Shown here one piece after another: positions 27,626 to 32,000 of a stretch of 32,000 nt of DNA. The notes below the pieces were generated by a model, which saw only the letters and a program-made list of their open reading frames with translations, was not told the DNA's origin and did not search any database. The position numbers were made by a program, and so were the translations under genes. The DNA comes from Nitrospirota bacterium (GTDB lineage: Bacteria > Nitrospirota > Nitrospiria > Nitrospirales > UBA8639): the NCBI GenBank assembly GCA_003695915.1, contig RFGF01000065.1, positions 35,759 through 67,758 on the forward strand. The letters are read 5' to 3'. Each line of letters opens with the position of its first letter. Position 1 is the stretch's first letter.

Positions 27626-27804
27626 GCCGTCCTGCAGGATCATGGAGATCTTGATAAGATACGTCGACATTCCACAACGCCCGAACGCTGACGGCTCCAT
27701 GCGTCGAACGTGTGACCGATGCACTCGCATGGCATGTTCCGACCATATGCACGAGACTGATTCTCGAAACCATGACTCGGGCTCGCGCACAAGGAGGTTA
27801 TTCG

Positions 27805-29634
27805 ATGGCGTACCAGCCGATTGAAAACTACGGATTGATCGGAAACATGCGATCCGCGGCCCTCGTCGGCACCAATGGATCGATCGATTGGCTGTGTTTC
27901 CCGCATTTCGATTCCCCGAGTGTATTCGCCGCCATTCTGGATGAGCGCCGCGGGGGCTACTTTCGAATCGCTCCAGAGAACGATGGCCTCTCTTCCAAGC
28001 AATATTACTGGCCGGATACGAATGTCCTGGTAACACGGTTTCTGTCGCCGCACGGCGTAGTGCAGATCATCGATTTTATGCCCGTCGGTCTGGAAGAAAC
28101 CGCGCCGGGCTATCACGGGTTGATTCGCCGAGTGCAGGCCATCCGAGGAAGCATGACGATGAAGGTCGAATGCCTGCCGGCATTCAACTACGCCCGCGAT
28201 CCCCACAACACCACGATCACTCGGGACGGGGCTTGTTTTGATGCTCCTCAGTTAAGCTTACGCCTTGGCTCACGCATTCCTCTCAGGCGGTGTGAAAACG
28301 GCGTAATAGCCACGTTCGAACTCCATGAAGCACAAGAGGCCGATTTCATCCTTCAGGAGGTCGAACGCGGGAGTACAGATCGAATTTCGATCTCGCAGAC
28401 TCAAGCCGGTGAATTGTTCAAGCAAACGGTCAGCTTCTGGCGTCGGTGGCTCGCAACTTGTACCTACACCGGTCGATGGCGCGAAATGGTCTACCGCTCG
28501 GCCTTGACCTTGAAACTGTTGACCTTCGAGCCAACCGGAGCCATCGTGGCCGCTCCCACCTGCAGCCTTCCCGAAAGCATCGGCGGTTCTCGAAACTGGG
28601 ATTATCGTTATACATGGATTCGCGATGCCGCATTTACCCTCTATGCGCTGCTCCGAATCGGATTCACCGATGAGGCGAAAAAATTTATGCACTGGCTGGA
28701 AGGCTGCTGTCATCGGCTGAACCCTGATGGTTCGCTGCCGGTCATGTACGACATTCATGGACATCCTGTCGAACAAGAAGAGGTGCTGTCGCATCTCGAA
28801 GGCTACAAAGGATCCAGACCGGTGCGGATCGGAAATGACGCCGCTCACCAACTGCAATTGGATATTTACGGGGAACTTTTGGATTCTGTGTATTTGTATA
28901 ACAAATACGTCACGCCCATCTCCTTCGATCTCTGGAGCCACCTCCGGCAACTCATCGACTGGGTCTGCCGTCATTGGCAGCAGCCTGACGAAGGGATCTG
29001 GGAAGTTCGTGGTGGACGGCAACATTTTGTCTATTCCAAGCTCATGTGCTGGGTGGCCCTCGACCGGGGCTTGCGACTGGCGGACAAACGGTCTTTTCCC
29101 ACCGACCGCACTCACTGGTTGACCGTCAGAGACACGATGTACGAGGACATCATGACCAAAGGCTGGAGTCCCTCCCGACGCGCTTTTATTCAGCGGTATG
29201 GTAGCGAGACGCTCGACGCCGCCAATCTCATGATGCCCTTGGTCTTTTTTGTCTCTCCGACCGACCCGCGCATGCTCAGCACACTCGATGCCATCAACCG
29301 GTCTCCAGCTCAAGGAGGCTTGGTGGCCAATGGGCTGGTCTACCGATATAACGTGAGCGAGACAGGGGACGGGATCGACGGCGAGGAAGGGACGTTCAAC
29401 ATCTGCACGTTTTGGCTCGTCGAGGCCTTGACGCGAGCCGGAAGAATCGATCGCGCCAGGCTGGACGAAGCGCGATTACTGTTCGAGCAAATGCTGGGCT
29501 ATGCCAACCATGTGGGATTGTATGCGGAAGAAACCGGGCCGACCGGCGAAGCGTTAGGCAACTTTCCTCAAGCCTTCACCCATCTCGCGCTCATCAGCGC
29601 CGCCTTCAATCTGGATCGCGCGCTGGGGAAATAA
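27805..29634 (+). CDS. Glycoside hydrolase family 15 protein (glucoamylase/trehalase-like)
   Basis: The start is at ATG 27805, with the Shine-Dalgarno sequence AAGGAGG 7 nt upstream. The N-terminus reads [37 protein letters not shown]. Catalytic-domain motifs are [19 protein letters not shown] and [16 protein letters not shown]. The protein is 609 aa. Confidence 0.88.
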   Translation: MAYQPIENYGLIGNMRSAALVGTNGSIDWLCFPHFDSPSVFAAILDERRGGYFRIAPENDGLSSKQYYWPDTNVLVTRFLSPHGVVQIIDFMPVGLEETAPGYHGLIRRVQAIRGSMTMKVECLPAFNYARDPHNTTITRDGACFDAPQLSLRLGSRIPLRRCENGVIATFELHEAQEADFILQEVERGSTDRISISQTQAGELFKQTVSFWRRWLATCTYTGRWREMVYRSALTLKLLTFEPTGAIVAAPTCSLPESIGGSRNWDYRYTWIRDAAFTLYALLRIGFTDEAKKFMHWLEGCCHRLNPDGSLPVMYDIHGHPVEQEEVLSHLEGYKGSRPVRIGNDAAHQLQLDIYGELLDSVYLYNKYVTPISFDLWSHLRQLIDWVCRHWQQPDEGIWEVRGGRQHFVYSKLMCWVALDRGLRLADKRSFPTDRTHWLTVRDTMYEDIMTKGWSPSRRAFIQRYGSETLDAANLMMPLVFFVSPTDPRMLSTLDAINRSPAQGGLVANGLVYRYNVSETGDGIDGEEGTFNICTFWLVEALTRAGRIDRARLDEARLLFEQMLGYANHVGLYAEETGPTGEALGNFPQAFTHLALISAAFNLDRALGK

Positions 29635-29769
29635 TGTCCGACACCGTCTAGCCCTCCCATCGTTCGCGGCATGCAGTGCCTTCGCAACCCGATGCGGTGG
29701 TGTGGGAAACCCAAGAAGAGAAAACATGCCGACGGCTAATCGGACGCGGCGAGAGAACAGGGCCGTCGC

Positions 29770-30627
29770 TCAATCAGGATGAATCACCACGCCGGCATAT
29801 CCCACCGCCATGTCCCCTTCCCCGGTCACATCAGCGGACGTCCTATACCCGACCAATTCCGCCCGCCGTCCGCCTAGCAGGTTGGCCGCCACGAGCATTG
29901 CGGTCGTGGCATGAACCCCGCACATCGAAATGTCGTGCTGTTCGACGGTGCGATAGAGACGTTCTGGATCCAGCGCGAGAATGGCCTCGATGGCCAACCG
30001 ATCTTGTTGCCGAGCATAGTCCGCGGCCGTCATGCCCGGAGGAGGCAATTGATGGTACATCGGGCCACAATGAGTAAAATCCGTCGAGGCGATCATGGTG
30101 ACGCGTGACTTGGGATCGCTGGCTTGAATGGCCGTCGCCACGGCTTCTCCAATGTCTTGGCAGACATGATAGGGACACGGCATCAGAGCGATGGGGACAA
30201 AGCGAAACGGGATTTCAAAGGCCTGTAACAGCGGGAGCTGAACCTCGATAGCATGTTCCTGGCTGTGGCCAAGGCTGTCCACCTCCAAAAACTGCGAAGA
30301 ATCGAGAATGCGTCGTGCCAACTCGGCGTCAATGGAAACGGACCCCAGCGGCGTCGTCCACAGCCCTTCAGGCATCATGCTGGCAACTGCACCGAGGCCA
30401 TAGTGATTCGGACCGAGGATGACGAAGGTGTCCGGAAATCGCACGCGTGAGTAGACAGCTCCGGCAATGCTTCCGGAATATTGATACCCCGCATGGGGAA
30501 CGACCACCGCGACCGCCTCGCATTTGGGAGCTGCGGGGTCGATAAGTCCTTGAATTTGCGCCCGAAGCTGCCACGGCAATGCGGGATAAAAGGTGCCGGC
30601 TGCGGCCGGCGATCGAGTCCATTTCAT
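29770..30627 (-). CDS. MEMO1-family protein (AmmeMemoRadiSam system protein B)
   Basis: 285 aa. The N-terminus is RSPAAAGTFYP. Metal-site-type motifs are VVPHAGYQYSG, GHSQEHAIEVQLP and DFTHCGP. The ORF starts 32 nt after the GT2 stop, with AAGG upstream. Confidence 0.85.
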   Translation of the reverse strand: MKWTRSPAAAGTFYPALPWQLRAQIQGLIDPAAPKCEAVAVVVPHAGYQYSGSIAGAVYSRVRFPDTFVILGPNHYGLGAVASMMPEGLWTTPLGSVSIDAELARRILDSSQFLEVDSLGHSQEHAIEVQLPLLQAFEIPFRFVPIALMPCPYHVCQDIGEAVATAIQASDPKSRVTMIASTDFTHCGPMYHQLPPPGMTAADYARQQDRLAIEAILALDPERLYRTVEQHDISMCGVHATTAMLVAANLLGGRRAELVGYRTSADVTGEGDMAVGYAGVVIHPD

Positions 30628-30659
30628 GCGACTACCTTAGCGCGACGTATCTCGTACTG

Positions 30660-31439
30660 TCACGAGCTCCACAGGCTATATCGCAGAAGGCACCAGATAT
30701 TGTGAATGCCATCGCGCCAGGTAATTTTTTTGCCTTCGGCGTAGGTCCGCTCCCAATATGAAATGGGCACCTCGTAGACACGCCATCCTCCTTTAGCGAT
30801 CTTGACCGTGATTTCCGGATCAAAGCCAAACCCCTGTTCACGAAGGGTAAGGTGTGCCAGCACCTCGCGCCGAAAGACCTTGTAACCGGTCCAGACATCG
30901 GAGAATTTTAAATTCGTGAAAATATTGGCGAGCAGCGTCAAGAGGCGATTGGCGAGATAATGCCAAAACATCAGGACACGATGGGGCCCGCTGAGAAACC
31001 GCGAACCATAGACGACATCGGCACGGCCACACTCGATCGGATAGAGAAGTTGCGGATAATCCTGAGGATCGTATTCGAGATCGGCATCCTGCACCAGCAC
31101 GATGTCGCCACGAGCTTCCTGAAACCCTCGGCGCATGGCCATCCCTTTGCCATAATTGCGATCGAGAAACAGGATCGTTAGATTGTCGCGCCGTACATCA
31201 TGAGCGACTTCGGACTGCGACGCATTGGTGAGCGACGCAGAGGCTTCTTGGAGCGATCGTAACCAATCGCGCGTCCCATCGGTCGATCCGTCATCGACGA
31301 TGATGATTTCTTTCTCGATCTTGACGGCCTGGACACGACGGAGAATTTCTTCGATCGTGGCCCGCTCGTTGTAGACGGGGATGACCACCGACAGCCGAGG
31401 GCGCTGTCCTTGGTCGCTGTGCAAAGATTCTCCAGTCAT
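30660..31439 (-). CDS. Family 2 glycosyltransferase (polyprenol-phosphate sugar transferase-like)
   Basis: 259 aa. Motifs are LSVVIPVYNE, IIIVDDGSTDGT and VLVQDADLEYDP (DxD). Confidence 0.85.
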   Translation of the reverse strand: MTGESLHSDQGQRPRLSVVIPVYNERATIEEILRRVQAVKIEKEIIIVDDGSTDGTRDWLRSLQEASASLTNASQSEVAHDVRRDNLTILFLDRNYGKGMAMRRGFQEARGDIVLVQDADLEYDPQDYPQLLYPIECGRADVVYGSRFLSGPHRVLMFWHYLANRLLTLLANIFTNLKFSDVWTGYKVFRREVLAHLTLREQGFGFDPEITVKIAKGGWRVYEVPISYWERTYAEGKKITWRDGIHNIWCLLRYSLWSS

Positions 31440-31664
31440 GCGTGCCCGTTTTCTCTTCCAGCTGATCCCACACGATCATACTCCTCGGAACAGTCGGGCG
31501 CCATAGCACATTCGGGGACGGATGACCGCATAGCCCAAAGACCACCGCGTTCTCATCGATGGGCAACTGTGCTGCGTTGGCTTCGATCACTGATTGTGTA
31601 ACGTCCTACAAGCTCCTGCATCGGTCCTTTCACAGGAAGAGGCCCCAAAGGTGATTGAGCAAAC

Positions 31665-32000
31665 CTAAGGAGTTCGAAAATGTATCTTGACAGTCAGCTC
31701 GCCATCGACAGGCGTGTCGCCATCCATTTGCGGAAGAAACGTCCATCGTTCCAACACGTCCACGGCTGCGAGCGTTAATTCCCTGTGATCGGTAGGTTCC
31801 AAGACCACCATAGTCGCTTCGCCCGTGGCCTTCACCAGAAAACGCACACGCATCCACGCATCCAAGGGTTCTCCACGAAGGGAAGGCGGAATGGTCGGCA
31901 AGGGCATGCGTAGAGGAATCGGCCTTCGTTGTTGACCGGCATGCAATCGAAGTCCATGAACATGAACTTCCGGCAGCATGTCAACGTCGTCATCTTCCAT
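31665..32000 (-). CDS. TonB C-terminal-domain protein (probably partial; N-terminus may lie beyond the window end)
   Basis: A Pro-rich segment (RRPIPLRMPLPTIPPSL) is followed by a TonB_C-like fold: AWMRVRFLVKATGEATMVVLEPTDHRELTLAAVDVLERWTFLP...VDGELTVKIHF. Confidence 0.65.
   Translation of the reverse strand: MEDDDVDMLPEVHVHGLRLHAGQQRRPIPLRMPLPTIPPSLRGEPLDAWMRVRFLVKATGEATMVVLEPTDHRELTLAAVDVLERWTFLPQMDGDTPVDGELTVKIHFRTP

Noticed and set aside
31291-31590. GTG-initiated 99-aa ORF spanning the TonB-C/GT2 gap and overlapping the GT2 start by about 150 nt
   Set aside because: It overlaps the conserved GT2 N-terminus out of frame, and the distal part is Arg/Pro-rich nonsense. The 225-nt gap otherwise shows no convincing ORF, terminator or promoter.

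Overview
Moderately GC-rich bacterial chromosomal window that is mostly core metabolism. The gene order ilvBNC-psd-pssA-leuA resembles what I recall from Nitrospirota and Deltaproteobacteria-type genomes, but taxonomy cannot be established from the sequence alone. The centre (10.6-23.0 kb) is a 12.4-kb co-directional gene string: ilvB-ilvN-ilvC-psd-pssA-leuA-leuB-NHL propeller-asd-DUF2905-SpoIID-queA. Two junctions in it are ATGA stop/start overlaps. The left flank (1-7.5 kb) is a nucleic-acid-centred cluster. It holds a WYL-type HTH regulator that runs off the window start and is absent from the ORF track, placed divergent to a 1476-aa Lhr helicase. Next come a small zinc-ribbon ORF with leaderless-type promoter geometry and a membrane-anchored MutS domain-V ATPase that lacks a mismatch-recognition domain. 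After that are prmA, an unknown helical protein and bioF. The right flank (23-32 kb) holds a SurA-N-only membrane protein, gltX followed by tRNA-Gln(CUG), and a small disordered protein with strong expression signals. It also holds a lipoprotein, a bactofilin, a 507-bp gap with no convincing gene, a GH15 hydrolase, a GT2-Memo (AmmeMemoRadiSam protein B) pair without its usual partners, and a partial TonB-C protein. I saw no CRISPR array, transposase, integrase, rRNA or obvious repeat family. No clearly new system is demonstrable from sequence alone. The best candidates for follow-up are the WYL/Lhr/Zn-ribbon/MutS-like cluster, the cytoplasmic NHL propeller coupled to leuB, the orphan GT2-Memo pair and the strongly signalled 71-aa protein. 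All promoter and terminator calls were made by eye and are low confidence.
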